A stretch of 64,000 bases of DNA. Origin: Paragordius varius. Lineage: Eukaryota > Animalia > Nematomorpha. Numbering within the stretch: position 1 is the stretch's first letter; every line of letters begins with the position of its first letter. This document shows, piece after piece, positions 44,801-58,100 of this stretch. The notes under the pieces are model-generated. The model had not been told where the DNA came from and made no database searches. It saw nothing but the letters and a program-made list of their open reading frames with translations. The stretch covers positions 2,790,001 to 2,854,000 of the forward strand of contig OZ176054.1 in the NCBI GenBank assembly GCA_964247055.1. The letters are read 5' to 3'. Position numbers and translations under genes: made by a program.

Positions 44801-47800
44801 TTAAAAAAAATTGGTTATCCAAAATACAATGTGTATTAAGTCATATATATAACATATAAACAGTCACAAATTTGTAGGTTACTTTTCTCCATGAATTCAA
44901 AATAAAATATACCAATAACCTAACAAAATTTAAAACAATTTGTAAAACCCACAGCATTTCTTATATAAAAATTTTCCTTTTTTCAAAAAAAAACTCAAAT
45001 ATACCCAGTAGATCGAGTTAATCGCTTGAGTATTAATCGTTTCTCGTCCGAACCAATGTTCATCACGTGGGGCGTTTCAAATTTTTGTCTAATCCAATCA
45101 CATTGTTCAATGTTATTGATAAACATGTATTCAAGTCCAATATGTTGACAATATACTTCCTATACAGAAATAAATATTATTTACGAAAAAAATAATTTTT
45201 TTAATTTTAGATCCATTCTCCAACCCTTTTTGTTGTAAATTATTTTCATGTTTCCTAAAAACATTTCAAAATTGAATTCGTAAAAAATAAAATATTATCG
45301 CAAAGCTTAAATACATATTTGTAATTAAGTTGATTAATTTCAAACAAAAATTGTTCTTAAGCGAAATAGGTAAATTTGATCTAAAAGTATTTATTCAATT
45401 TTGAATCTAAATAAATGTATAGAATTTCATTCTATTCAATAAAAAGTGTAATTAAAAAATTATTTATATAGGCAAATTCAAACATCAAGACGTTTTATAA
45501 TATCCTTCATGGACATTGAGCGCTTTTCACCCCCAATGCATGTTGAGTAAGGCAAAACATAAACTTTATCCATTGAGATTGAATCTAAACATAAATATAA
45601 AAAACTAGTAGTTAAATTATTTAATAAGATTCATAAAATTATATTACTATTTTAAAATATAAATTTCAGTTTCTCTTTCCCAAATCTAAAAAGGACTTAG
45701 AAATAAATAGGAAATTAAAAACATGGTTTATTTTTAAATTGCAGCTCTTAAACTTTTCTATTTTGACTTCCTATAAATTTATATATTTTGCCTAATTTAT
45801 TTAAAACACTTTGCTTTTAAAATTCTTTTCTACTAACTAGATTCAAAAACCAAACCTATATTATAATTGCGTAAAATGATTTCGGCCGGATTTAGTTTAT
45901 GATAGGAAGCACTGTTGATTTCCAACGGATCCAATTTTGCCATAAAATGCCCTCTAATCTATATCGTACACAAACAAAAACAATTCAAAATTTAAAATTA
46001 ATATAATTAGAAAAAAAACATTTAATAAGAGACTTATTTTAAATCAATTTTAAAATTTTGTAAGTTGAGCCTTTTTTATCAATATATAAAAGATCATTTG
46101 CGACTTTAATTAAACCTGTGAATAAAAATGATAATTTTAATAATTTTTGCCTAACCAATAAGAATTATATTTAAACCTATTAGAAAGAGCTTCTTTAGAA
46201 AAATAAGTGCTGAATCTTTTATCATATAATAATCATACATCATCCACACCATTGCAGAGTTAATTGTTATAATAAAACAACAAAATTTATTCCAATAAAA
46301 AAATTTAATGTATGCGATTGGGTCAGTTTTGATCATTTAATGTTATATAAAAAATATTTTCAGGCGCATTTTATACCAACCAATAATAATTATTTTTACT
46401 TTATAATTTAAAATTTAGTTTATATTTTAATTTTATTTTTTACGTTTGACAAAGATTACTTGTAGTAATCGAAATATTATAATAAATTTATATAATTTTT
46501 GCTGAATTATTCCATATATAATATTTAAATAATAATTTAAGCATTGTCAACTTTTTTGCCTAAAATATCTTGTGCGGTCCCCTGTTTCTAAAAAATGGTT
46601 ACGAATGAATGTAAACCAAATTGTATGCACCTTATAATCTTAAAATCAATTTATCTATAAAAAATTAACCAGTATATATATATAATCAATATATTTATAT
46701 AAATTACTCTAAGCGTTTTATACAAAAAAATAAATAACTTATGCGGCCATCATATTAGTTTAAGGGCTTATAATTTTTAGCCTTATAAACACAAGGTTAT
46801 ACTACCAAATAAAAAAGTAAAAATGAAAAAAAGGCAAATAAACTACTATATATATAATGGCTAAAAATCAACATTATAAAATAAACACATGACACACCTC
46901 CCCTATATATATATATATATGTAATGCAATAAAAAGACAAAAAAAATGTTGACAAAAATATGATTAATATTTAAATTACATTTTAAGTTAAAATATTTAT
47001 ACACAGGTATTAAAAAATTTGACAATTGAAAAAGACAAAAAATAAAAAAAATGACATGTCTTTAGGCTAATGCAATGGTAAAAAAACCATACTTTATAAT
47101 TGAGATTAGTTTAAAACACTGCAAGCTCAAATAAAATAGTGGTTGAGCAAAAATAAAACTAGGAAAGCAATTATGCTGATGCAATACATTTAGTTTCCTT
47201 TGTTTCAAAAAGTTTTATAAAATATATTTTAATGAATTATAAAAAAATTACTTGATAAGATCTTATAATGGCTTGCACATTGAGATGTTCATCAATTATG
47301 CTCAAAATCTCTTTATCCTTTAACAGGGGCGCACGTTTTAAATCTACACAATAAATTAAATTATTTAGACGCTAAAATATTAGACTGTATATTAATATTG
47401 TAATTAAATAGAAATAATATATTTAAATATATTCCACCCCTATCATGGAAAAAGATTATATATGTATAATGCAACCAATTTAATTTTTATTCTGATAAAT
47501 AAATTAATATCAATAGAAAATGTATCAATCACACAGATTAAAAGCCAATTTTTTTATCGATAATTTTATGTTAAAGAACGATAAAATTTTAACCGATGTT
47601 TATAATATTCTATTATACAGCATAATTGATGGAAACGTTTAAAACCAAAAATTAGATAATAATAATAATAATAAGCAGTTAAGGCAAATGTGTGAAGTAT
47701 GAATCAAATTATAATTAAAAAATAATTTCCAAATATATTCCAAATTTGATGGATAAAACAGAAGTTTAAAATATATGTTAGAAATAAAAGTTAAATATTC

Positions 47801-48275
47801 GTAATAAGTTACCTCCATTTTCGATGAGCGGTGATATTTGGACTCGAGGTTTAAGCATTGCGGCTTCGTGAGCTGCCGAAGATGCTTGAAGGTTTGGAGG
47901 TGTTGAATATGCTTGACTCCCAGTTAAACCATTGGCTTTGTTGGTAAAAAAGGCATCCCACGACTAATATTTGTAAAATGTAAATATTATATATTTTACA
48001 ATATATGAATTAAGGAACCGTAAAATTACCTTATGAACGCTTTTACGATCTTTTTGCCAGGAATGATACATTTCCTCAACATAAACACTAGATGTGCCAT
48101 TAAGGAATGGTTCGGAATGTGGTGAAGGTTCTGGCTGGGCCGATGATTTATGCCTAATAGGTAATGAAGGTGGTACAGTGCTTGTACTCAAACATTGGTA
48201 AAAATCTTTATAAATATTTCTGTATTTGCATTGTTTATAGAGTATCTTTGGCGATACACGAAGAAAACAATCCAT
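32876..48275 (-). CDS. OGDH: 2-oxoglutarate dehydrogenase E1, mitochondrial, 24 exons, ~1035 aa
   Basis: Exons 48030-48275, 47813-47963, 47252-47343, 45856-45958, 45484-45584, 45005-45159, 44457-44603, 42715-42802, 41674-41782, 41188-41258, 40875-41003, 39819-39998, 38367-38519, 37788-37890, 37352-37471, 36338-36488, 35834-35961, 35454-35594, 35019-35128, 34648-34773, 34310-34382, 34046-34209, 33510-33664, 32876-32987 (3108 nt, phases compatible). Motifs: [58 protein letters not shown]...[61 protein letters not shown]. Confidence 0.97.
38560..38951. mobile_element. MITE with 21-bp subterminal tandem repeats, copy 2 (OGDH intron 12)
   Basis: About 6 AATTCAAATTCACCCTTGAAC units at the left and ~3.5 inverted at the right; interior homologous to 13626-13914. 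Confidence 0.85.
42128..42662 (+). mobile_element. piggyBac-like MITE copy (OGDH intron 8)
   Basis: Colinear homology with 1175-1750; ends ...GAAGGACTAATAAGATGAATGTTTTGTATACAAGTG|CTAA. Confidence 0.85.
42911..44153. mobile_element. 1.24-kb TIR element, superfamily unassigned (OGDH intron 7)
   Basis: TIR GGGTGGAGTGAATAAAAAAAAGGAAAC(A/C)C at both ends, flanked by ATT on each side. Subterminal repeats of AAGGAAACMC and GTGAATAAA; no recognisable ORF. Confidence 0.75.
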
Positions 48276-48434
48276 GTTAACAAATTACAAAGTTACAAAA
48301 AATAATCTGGTTGAAACCGACACATCAAACTAAAATATAATAGTTGCATTCTACAATATGTGCTCAGATGATAGAAAAAAAATTTAATTTTCAAACTTAA
48401 AAACGTGTAGTACATCCCTTAGTAATAAATTTAA

Positions 48435-49558
48435 CACTTGGATACAACACATTCATTTCAGTCCTTCGATGGGGTAGTTAAATACCCCAGGCCTGTAAAA
48501 AATTAAATTCTTTAAAAAATATGGGGAATCGGAACCATGGCAAAATTTTGCACTTATAGAATATTAATAAACCGAAATATGTAAAAAAAATTATTCAAAA
48601 ATACTTGATATTACTTATTTTAAGCTAAAACCGAAAGCTAAAAAATTAGTCAACGTGACATGTGGCCAATGGTAAAGTTAAAAATTAATACAATATAAAC
48701 CGCTTTTTCTATTTCTCTCAATGTTAGTTAAATAAAAAATTAGCTTTAATTTTACCCTTAACACTTGGATACAACACATTCATTTTAGTTCGATTCAAAT
48801 TGAGGTAGTTAAACACACCAGGCCTGTTTAAAATTAAATTCTTTAAAAAATATGGAAGGAATCGTAACCATGGCAAAATTTTGCACCTATATAACATAAA
48901 TAAACCGAAATATATAAAAAAATTTGTTCAAAAATACTTAATATTACTTATTTTAACCTGAAAAAAGGTGAAAATTTAGTCAACGTGACATGTGGGCACT
49001 GGTAAAATTGAAAAATAATACGAATAAACCGCTTTTTTATTTCTACCAATGTTAGATGTAAAATAATAAATTAGCTTTAATTTTACCCTTAAAAATAAAT
49101 TAAGACGATATTTTGCAACAATTTTGTAAAATAAAAATGGCGTCAATGTAGTTTGTCATGGAATTTTTTTTCAAAACAAAATTTTATTTAGATATTTTGG
49201 CATATTTATATAATTTTTATTAGGATAGAAATTATTGGGACCGTTTCCTTCAGTAGTTTAAAAATCCTAACTAAAATTTAGTCTGGGGTTTTAGATACCC
49301 CAATTTGAATCGAAGTGTTAAATTAAATATAGACGATTCTTTTCAAAAATTTTGTAAAATAAAAATGGTGTCAAAGTAGTTTGACATGGAACTTTTTTAT
49401 TCAAAACAAAATTTTATTTAGATATTTTGCCATATTTATATAATTTTTATTAGGATAGAAGCATAAATTTAAATGGGACTGTTTCCTACAGTGGTTTTTT
49501 GAAATCCTAACTCAAATTTAGTCTGGGGTATTTAGATAGCCCAGTTTAACTCGAAGTT
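48435..49558 (-). mobile_element. piggyBac-like MITE (outer copy) interrupted by a nested copy
   Basis: TTAA at 48431-34. Element sequence runs 48435-48757, resumes at 49322 and ends at ~49558. Confidence 0.85.
48762..49317 (-). mobile_element. piggyBac-like MITE, complete nested copy with TTAA TSD
   Basis: TTAA(48758-61)|CACTTGGATACAAC...GAATCGAAGTG|TTAA(49318-21), inserted at the element's own internal TTTTACCC-TTAA site. Confidence 0.9.
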
Positions 49559-49989
49559 TTATTTAGATCATTAGCTCAGACTATCTATAAACTATTTTAG
49601 GGAATTTATGCTCTTATCACTATTGCACCAAATAAAAGAGTTTTGAGTATTACAATACCCTTTAGATTTTCTGAGAGCAGTTTCATATAATTAATTGTTA
49701 ATTATCAATGTTAACAAAATGCTATGACCTTTATTTTAAATATTTAAAACAGAGAAAAGGTCAAAAAATGTACGTCTCAGACTTTTAACAGCCAAAAATT
49801 TGAATTTATAAATATATCGCTAAACTGGCAAGATTAATGTTTTTCTATATATATAAAACTTAAATACTTTATTATCTTTTCACTTTTTTTCCTTTATCTT
49901 TAAGCGTAGTATATCACATGGCTAAATTTTGTAAATAAACGACAGTTTTGAAAGTTATTTTAGTTAAAATTCAATTATGCAACATCGAA

Positions 49990-50515
49990 CTCTTCGATTC
50001 GAATTGGGATATCTAAATACCCGGGCAATATTTAGGTAAAAAACTAGTGAAAGAGACGGTTCCAGTTTAAATTAATGCTTCTATCTTAATAAAAATCATA
50101 TAAATAAGTTAAAATATCTAAATAAAATTTAATTGGAAAAAAAGTTCCGTATCAAACTACTAGACGTCAGTTTTAAATTACACCATTTTTGCAAAATTTC
50201 ATGTTTATTTCATTGTAACCCTAAAATTAAGTTTAATCTTTTTTTAATATTATACGGTGATAGACAGGAAAAAGTCGTTTTGTATTATTAATTTTAGCTA
50301 ATGAACTGTCATGTTGACCAAATTTTTTACCTTAGGGTAATGCCATTAAATAAGTAATATCAAGAATTTTTAAATAAATTTTTTCTTATAATTTGGTTTA
50401 TGAAGTTAAATAAGTGCAAACCTTGTCCATGGATTCAATATACAAATATTTTGAAATTTTTAAGCCTGTGGTATCTAACAAGCCCAATTCCAATTGAAAA
50501 ACTCAAATGAATGTA
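49990..50515 (+). mobile_element. Diverged piggyBac-like MITE copy
   Basis: CTTCGATTCGAATTGGGATATCTAAATACCC start, colinear degraded interior, truncated right end. Confidence 0.75.
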
Positions 50516-50815
50516 AAAGGCGGCTAAAAGTTGTTTGCAATTTTAATTTTTTTAAAAAAATGTAATGTGCTTAAAAGGCTAAAAAAATATATTTTAAGGC
50601 TTTATAGCTATTAGATCTTAATTTCAAATCGCTCAGGGATGTATAACTACTAAAAAAGTATATGGAGTGTTTTCCTTATTTACATTTTCTAACCATAATA
50701 CACATTTGTTTGCCTGTTGCAATAGCGATTTAAAGAAATTTATGGAAAAAAATGACTGCAAAAAAGTTTGAGATGAAGATTTTTTTAATTTTTTTTTCTA
50801 AAAAAAATTTTTTAT

Positions 50816-51269
50816 ATTCAAATTGGGGTATCTAAATACTCCAGACATAATTAATGTTATTTTAAAAAACTGAAGGAGGTCCCAATTTAAATTTATGCTT
50901 CCATAAAAATTATATAAATAGCCAAAATTGTTTTAAAAAAATTTCATGTCAAACTACTTCGATGCCATTTTTATTTTACAACATTTTTGAAAATATTTGT
51001 CCTCATTTAATTTTAAGGGTAAAATTAAAGCTAATTTTATATTAAAGTTACATCTAACATTGATAGAAATGGAAATAGCGGTTTATTTTGTATTATTTTT
51101 CAATTTTACCATTGCACACATGTATATATTTCGGTTTATTAATGTTATGTAAGTGCAAGATTTTGCCATGGTTTCGATTACTTTTTAATGTATTTGATTT
51201 AAAACAGGTCTGGGGTATCCAACTACCCCAAGAATCGAAAGACTAAAATGAGTGTGTTGTATCCAAGTG
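50816..51269 (+). mobile_element. piggyBac-like MITE copy with internal deletion
   Basis: Right end intact: GAATCGAAAGACTAAAATGAGTGTGTTGTATCCAAGTG|TTAA. A short inverted right-end fragment follows at ~51306-51372. Confidence 0.8.
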
Positions 51270-51640
51270 TTAAAGGGCTCAAGAAAGCATATTTTTAATT
51301 TAGGCTTAACACTTTTATAAGATATTCATTTCAGGCATTTCGATACAATTGGGGTCGTTGGATACCGCAGGGATGTACAAATATTTAATAATATTTACAA
51401 AAGAAAATTAATTTAAGTTTTTAATGTTAATTGAGATTTTGTAAACACGCATTATGTTCAAATTTCGCGGCCGGACAGTCAATGGAGACTCCTGCCCAAA
51501 TAATTTTCATGAAATTTATAATGGCTATCAGGCAACCAAAGTTGTATATCAAAAATTATTTGTTCTATATGATTTCTAAAGCAATAGTATACTTTAGTTT
51601 ATACGTATAAATTATACTTTAACCATATACTATTCTAAAC

Positions 51641-51920
51641 TAGTTCGATGCCATTTTTTTACAACATTTTTGCAAAATATCGTGTTTATTCAATTTTAAA
51701 GCTAAATTAAAGCTCATATTATATTTGAATCGCATCTAACATTGATAGAAACAAAAAAGTGGTAAATTTTGTTTTATGTATTAATTTAGCTAACGCACAT
51801 ATGTCATGTTGACTTATACCTTTGGTTTCTACCTTAAAATAAGTAATATCAAATATTTTTGAATGATTTTTTTATATTTTATTACCAAATCGCCGTTTCA
51901 ATACATTCCATATTTTTTGA
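51641..51920 (+). mobile_element. Internal fragment of the same MITE family
   Basis: TTCGATGCCATTTTTTTACAACATTTTTGCAAAATATCG...CATCTAACATTGATAGAAAC...AAAATAAGTAATATCAAATATTTTTGAA homology. Confidence 0.7.
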
Positions 51921-54900
51921 TTAATTTTGAAAATCAGGAAATTTATATAATCATTGATTGCTCGATAAAGGGATTATTTTTGACCGTTAAATACTTATAT
52001 ATACCACATTTTAGTATTTAATTAAATCTAAGCTACTATCGGTTTTTAAGGTAAATTTATACATATATTAATAAAATGCGGTCGGCAGGAGTTGAATATA
52101 CGGCCCTCAAAGATATTTGTTGAAATTTCTGGTTTAGGTTATGAATACTATCAATACTGTTTTTACGGTTTTATTTTCATAATTTTAATTTTCAATGTAT
52201 TGGATGAGGAGTAGGCGTATCGATTTAAGAATATGCTGTAAATGTCTGTCACAAATTTTAATAATATTATATTGAGTTTCAAAGTATCTTTGCTAATTTT
52301 ATAAAAACCAAACAACTTTATTTTTACATAGATCTCTCTCCCAGACGGGTAAATATAAAATAATGATTTGGATTATTTACTTTTTACCCATTTTGTTTAA
52401 AAAGTATCTTTAAAGTTTTAAACTCTTTGAAAAGTTATTAAAGAGCATTTATTACTACTATACTCAATGTAAAAATTATTTGTTCGGCATAAATGATTGC
52501 TAATTTTAAGTGGAAATATCTAGGACTCTCATATTAGTACTTCTGTTATGGGAAAAAGTATTATTATTATATGTATTTTTGGCCAAAAGGAATGCTACTT
52601 GTACATGTTTCTCGGTTTAGCAGAATTAACAAGTATTCAAGCCATTGTTCTCTAGAAATGTACTGTCTGAATTTATAAAAAAATAGCTTTCCGACTTTAA
52701 ATTCAATCGATAGGTACCATCATTCCTACAAATTTAGTGTTGAAATTGGTTTAAAATGTCAAAATTTCTATAAACAATTAATAAGTCTTTATAAGAGACA
52801 TGTCCAACACAAATCGTAAAGCTAAAATAAAATCTAAATAAAATTTTATTAAAAAATATTATTTTACAGTTAATGATGCAAATTATATAATTTTACGTAG
52901 ATATTTTTCAAAATTATAAAATAGATGTTGGATATATTTGTTTTTTTTTTCGAATTTTTTGAGAGCAATAAAAAATTTTTGGAGGGCCGCTCATTAAACA
53001 TCCTTTACCATTATTTATTAATAAGTAAATATATGTTTGATAGTTTTTGCCTGGTTATTTAAACAGATGATCATAACATCTACTGTACTTAAATATCAAT
53101 CCCACTAAATAGCGTTAACTTAGAAAAAATATAAAATTTTAGTAATTAGATATTATCATTTAATAAAATTAACATTCATGAACATTAAGATAACATGAAG
53201 CAAAATTAAGCATTATAATCGATCCTACATTGTATTATATATTTTTAACACCTATATAACAGGTTAAATAAAAGGTAACATAAAAAATGTTATCATTACA
53301 ATTCGATAAATGATAGTGAATGTTAGGATAATCCCTTAATGATTCATATAGCGATATCAGCGATATAATTGAGGATAATCTTTAAAATTAAAGGAAATTT
53401 TGTGAAAACTTATTATTCTTAACTTTTAATATTTTTTACGTTTTTTATATAGAAAAAGCTTGAATTGCCATCTTCCTAACTGGTGAAGGAAAATGAAAGA
53501 GTTTCAATTAATATTTTATATGATGAATATGATGATATTATAAAGTGATAGAATAAATAATATTGTAATTACAAAAGGAAATATCTCACTCAATTTTATT
53601 GAAAAACATGAAATTACATATATAAGCAAATCAAAGCAAGCGTAGCGTAGGCAATAAACACCTAAGGGTGTATTAGTTTAGTTTTTATATTTTTATAATA
53701 ATTATAACCGAATCTGATAGTTTGATATAATCAATTTTCTATGCATTTGTCAATTTCAAGTATTAAACCATAAAATTTTTATTTTCAATATCCATCCAGC
53801 TTTTAAAAAATTTTAAAATTCATAAATTCTAACCTCCTTTCATGTAAGTACATTTTTTTAGTAATTCTATAAATTTCAAGTAGCTAAATATAAATATGGC
53901 TTTGGAGATTAGAATTAAGATATTAATCATTTATGTTAAACTCTTTTACTAATTTTCTGGGTATTTCGCTTAATAATATAAAATCATTATTTAAAAAACC
54001 AGCTCTTAAGACCAAAAATCAATAATTATTTCATGATGTGGAACGTTAATGGACACACAATTAGAAGCCTTATATATATTTTGTTTATAAAAATTTTATT
54101 ACATATTTTACCATTTTTTAACAAAAATATAATATATAATTTTTTTATATTTTTTAACAACGGCTTTGTATTAATTAACTAAACGCACCTAAACTAACAT
54201 TTGAATGAAGTTATATAATATTTTAGATTTCAAATCGATAAATAGCGAATTATTTCTTAATCTCATTTTTTATTAACATGTTAATATTAACATAATATTG
54301 ATTTTTTAGACATTTTAGCCAGTCGTCTCATATAATTTTTATTTTTTTTATGATAAAAAACATTTTTATATCTGATTCTACAGACATTTTGACGGGTAAT
54401 TTTTATTTTACACCTTTTTGTTGCTTATTTATATGGATAATATACAAAATTGATTTTCAAAAACATGTAAGCCGAAATTTTATGTTTTTTATGATTTAAT
54501 ATCTCAAAGAAAAATATAACCTGCCGAAAATACTTAATTTTTTATGCGAAAAAATATTTTTGAGTTAGAAAAATCGAAAAAATATTGGTAATTATAAAAT
54601 TTAAATTATATTACAATGAAAATTTAAGAGATAGCCTGAGAATACAAAACACTAAAAAATACAATGACGTGTATGCCTTTATATAAAACTCCTATTGGCA
54701 AAAATAAAATATGCATTTTAGTACTCTTTAAATGACTAATATAGCACAGATTTTCAAACAAAGACACATGCATTTTGATAAATAGTAAAATTTTTAGACA
54801 ACTACTAATATATTATGTGTATAATTATATTTTCTTTAAAATTTTAATTTTGTATCTTTATTTGTTTAATTTTTAGATGACAATCCATAAAAAATATGTA

Positions 54901-55165
54901 TTTTCATATTGTATAAAACAGCATATTAATTAAACATTTTTTATCTATATTTTAACAAATTTTGTATGGACAAATACAAGCGTTAAAAAAACATTTATTA
55001 TGTATTTTTATAATTTTTTAATTATAAGAAAACGAACAATCTATTCTTTTCAAACAATTATATTGACTTATATTTCTTATTTTAATACATATCAATAGAT
55101 TATTATTTTAACTTTTCCAAACAACTTTTTTTGCATTCAGATATCCATTAAACACTATATAAAAA

Positions 55166-58100
55166 ATGGGTAATATGTCCAACATTCCTCCGATCATTAA
55201 ATTCATTCGTAATAAACATTATAATTTACAAATATATCAAAATCATTCCAGGCTTAGGTATTGGTCTACGCTTATTCTCATAATTTTGGCATCGTATATG
55301 AGCTTAGTTTTTGTATTTACTTATTCTAACGTATATTTGTTAAATTATTCAACTTTTACACCACCACCAACATCTATTGGCAATTCAAAAAAAATTGATG
55401 ATGACACACCTTTAAAGGGCCCTTCCAGTTCGTATGGGTTAACATACACTAACCAAGACCATGTTGTCGATAATACATATCATTATCGATTTTTACGTTG
55501 GAAAAATGTTCTTTGGCCCAAAAATCTTAGTACCAATGATAAAAGCGGACACGAGAATATAGAACAAACCGTGTTAGTTTCAGAAAAAGTGTCACATAAA
55601 AGCACACAAAAATTGAATGATTATATTGAAAATACAACTGATGATAATAATATTATGACTTCATCTTCCCTTAAATCTATGCGACTTTCTGAATCAGGTT
55701 TGGACTCAAAATTATTTTTTGAATTAAACACCATAGACCTAAGAAAATCAGAGAAACGAGACAAATCATTACTTAAAGTGGATGATGTTCAATTACTTGC
55801 ATCTTTATTGCAATATTTAAACAATGCATCACTCAAAAAAGTAAATTTGAAACATGAAAATAAAAATAAGTCTAATAAATCCAATCCAATCACATGGGTA
55901 AGATTCCCAAATCATTCAAATAAAAATCTAAAAAATTTGTCCACAAAATTGTCGCTATGGCCGGAAGACAATCCTACCATTGATAGGATCGAAGATCAGT
56001 TAAAAATTCTGCCTCAAGATATCGGTTTAACAGAATCTCAAGCTAATCAATGTCTAAATTTAAACAAATTAAAATGGTATCTCTATAGTGTTTTAAATTT
56101 AGATTGTTTAAAGCACATATGTAGAATTTTTATTATATTTTATACTCAAAATTTAAATGACCAAAACAAATTCCATAAAAAAAACTTTAAATTCTCCCAT
56201 AATTATAAATTTAATTGTTCTTTTGAGTACATTATTGTACTTGTTTCTTATAGTTAATACAAAATATAAATCATAATATGCGAAAAATAATGAAAAAGAT
56301 TTTGACTATAAAGTTTTTGAGGTAATGTACCCCAAGACAGGACTATTTAAATACCTTAAAAAAATATTATTAGCCTAGCCAAATTTAAAGATGCTTTCTT
56401 TAGCCATTTAGGGGCATGATATTTTTAAAAATTGTAAAATTAAAAAAAATCCTAAATTCAAACATATTCCTCGCCATTTTTTATTTCGCTAATACAAGAG
56501 GTAAAATGTATATTCTACTATAAAAATATTAATATTTATTTAAAGCTTCCTGGACTACAGAAGTTAAAAAAGTGTATAAAATTTATGATTTTTTTATCTT
56601 ATACGGGAAAAGTGGCTTTGATAATTAAATTTAACCAAAACAACTTTCGAAATAGTAGTTTCTTTACTATGGGTAGAAACACCCCAAAATGTCATCGCGT
56701 ACAAAAACATGAAATTTTGATGCGAAGTGTTAAAGGTGTATAAATACCAGAAAAAAGTTATTTTAATTTTTCTTCTATTAGTCAAAATCAAAAATCGCAT
56801 TTCATCGTACATTATAGGCCAAATAAATTAAATACATCTGGCGTTAAATTTGAACCATAAAAACTTGTTAATTAAGGATTTAAGTTTTTATTATAAATAT
56901 ATTGTTTAATTGCAAGATACTAAAGAAAGAAATCATATTGTTGTTGATAAATTTCTTCATAATGAAATATTTTTTACCATTTTTTTGCTATTAAATGAGG
57001 GGCTATAAAAAAACTTAGAAAAGGGTTCCTTTTCTTTTTAATATTTATATTTTTTCGCGATAATATATTACTCTAAGTGTAAGTTTTTATCGGACCCATG
57101 GTGAATGCCACTTGTTGCCTGGCAATATATTCTGTGAAATTATTAGCCTTTAGTTTTGTAGCACATTTAATTTATTTGCTAAAGGAATATAACCAATTTT
57201 ATCTTATTGACTTTCAGTTTTACGTTCGTTTTAGGTTTGGGTCACATCACATAGGTTCAACAAAGGGTCATGCTCAACCAAAATTGATACATGTTGAAAC
57301 TGGTCTAAAATCTACGTGGTCAACCATTGATTATGGATGTGGTTATTTCCATCAAGCTAATTGCTCATTTCGAAACTGCTACCTAACAGATTGGAATGAT
57401 GCCAAGTTACAAAAAACTTTGGGGAAAACAAAAAAAATATTCACCATGCTCGATCGATTTAGAAGGAGCGGCAAATACCTGAATACATGGGCCGATTTGG
57501 CTCTGTGGAGACATGCATCCGTTTTTAAACGCTTAGTTTTGGAGAGAAATGCCCTATCCAGATCTAAGAACGGTTTTGATCAGATATGGGTATGGCATTC
57601 GTTGGAAAGTCCCCCAAACATGCCTTTAACGCCCGCAGGTGAGTACTCCTACAATTGGACAGCCACCTACAAGCTCGACTCAGATTTAGTTACGCCTTAT
57701 GCCAAATACAAGGCCCCTAAATCTATGGACCCATTGCTAACTCAGTATCGTAGACTAAAACCTCAAGAGATTGAAATGGTGATTGATAATTTCAAAACAA
57801 AATATAATGTTAGCGCATTGGGATTTAATTTTAATTTGAGTAATACTACCAACAATTATTCATCTTGGACTATACCACACACTATCATGGAATTTTTGAA
57901 GAAAAAACAAAAGGTACTAACGAATCCCAGAGTAATAAACTATGTTCTTGCAAATTTAATTGAGTCAAAACATAAAATGGTAGCTTGGTTTGTCTCAAAC
58001 TGTAATTTAAATGAACGCATGAAATATGCTCAAGATCTGATGAATTATATACCAATAGATGTTTATGGCACATGTGGTCCCTTAAACTGCCCAATTACCG

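Noticed and set aside
46040-46130. Strong acceptor (TTTTTATTCACAG on the minus strand) in OGDH intron 3 as an alternative exon 4
   Set aside because: Immediate in-frame TAA, no GH-LDP homology and no clear GT donor.
52075-52115. GGTCGGCAGGAGTTGAA, resembling the reverse complement of a tRNA B-box
   Set aside because: No cloverleaf or A-box found; too short to call a tRNA or SINE.
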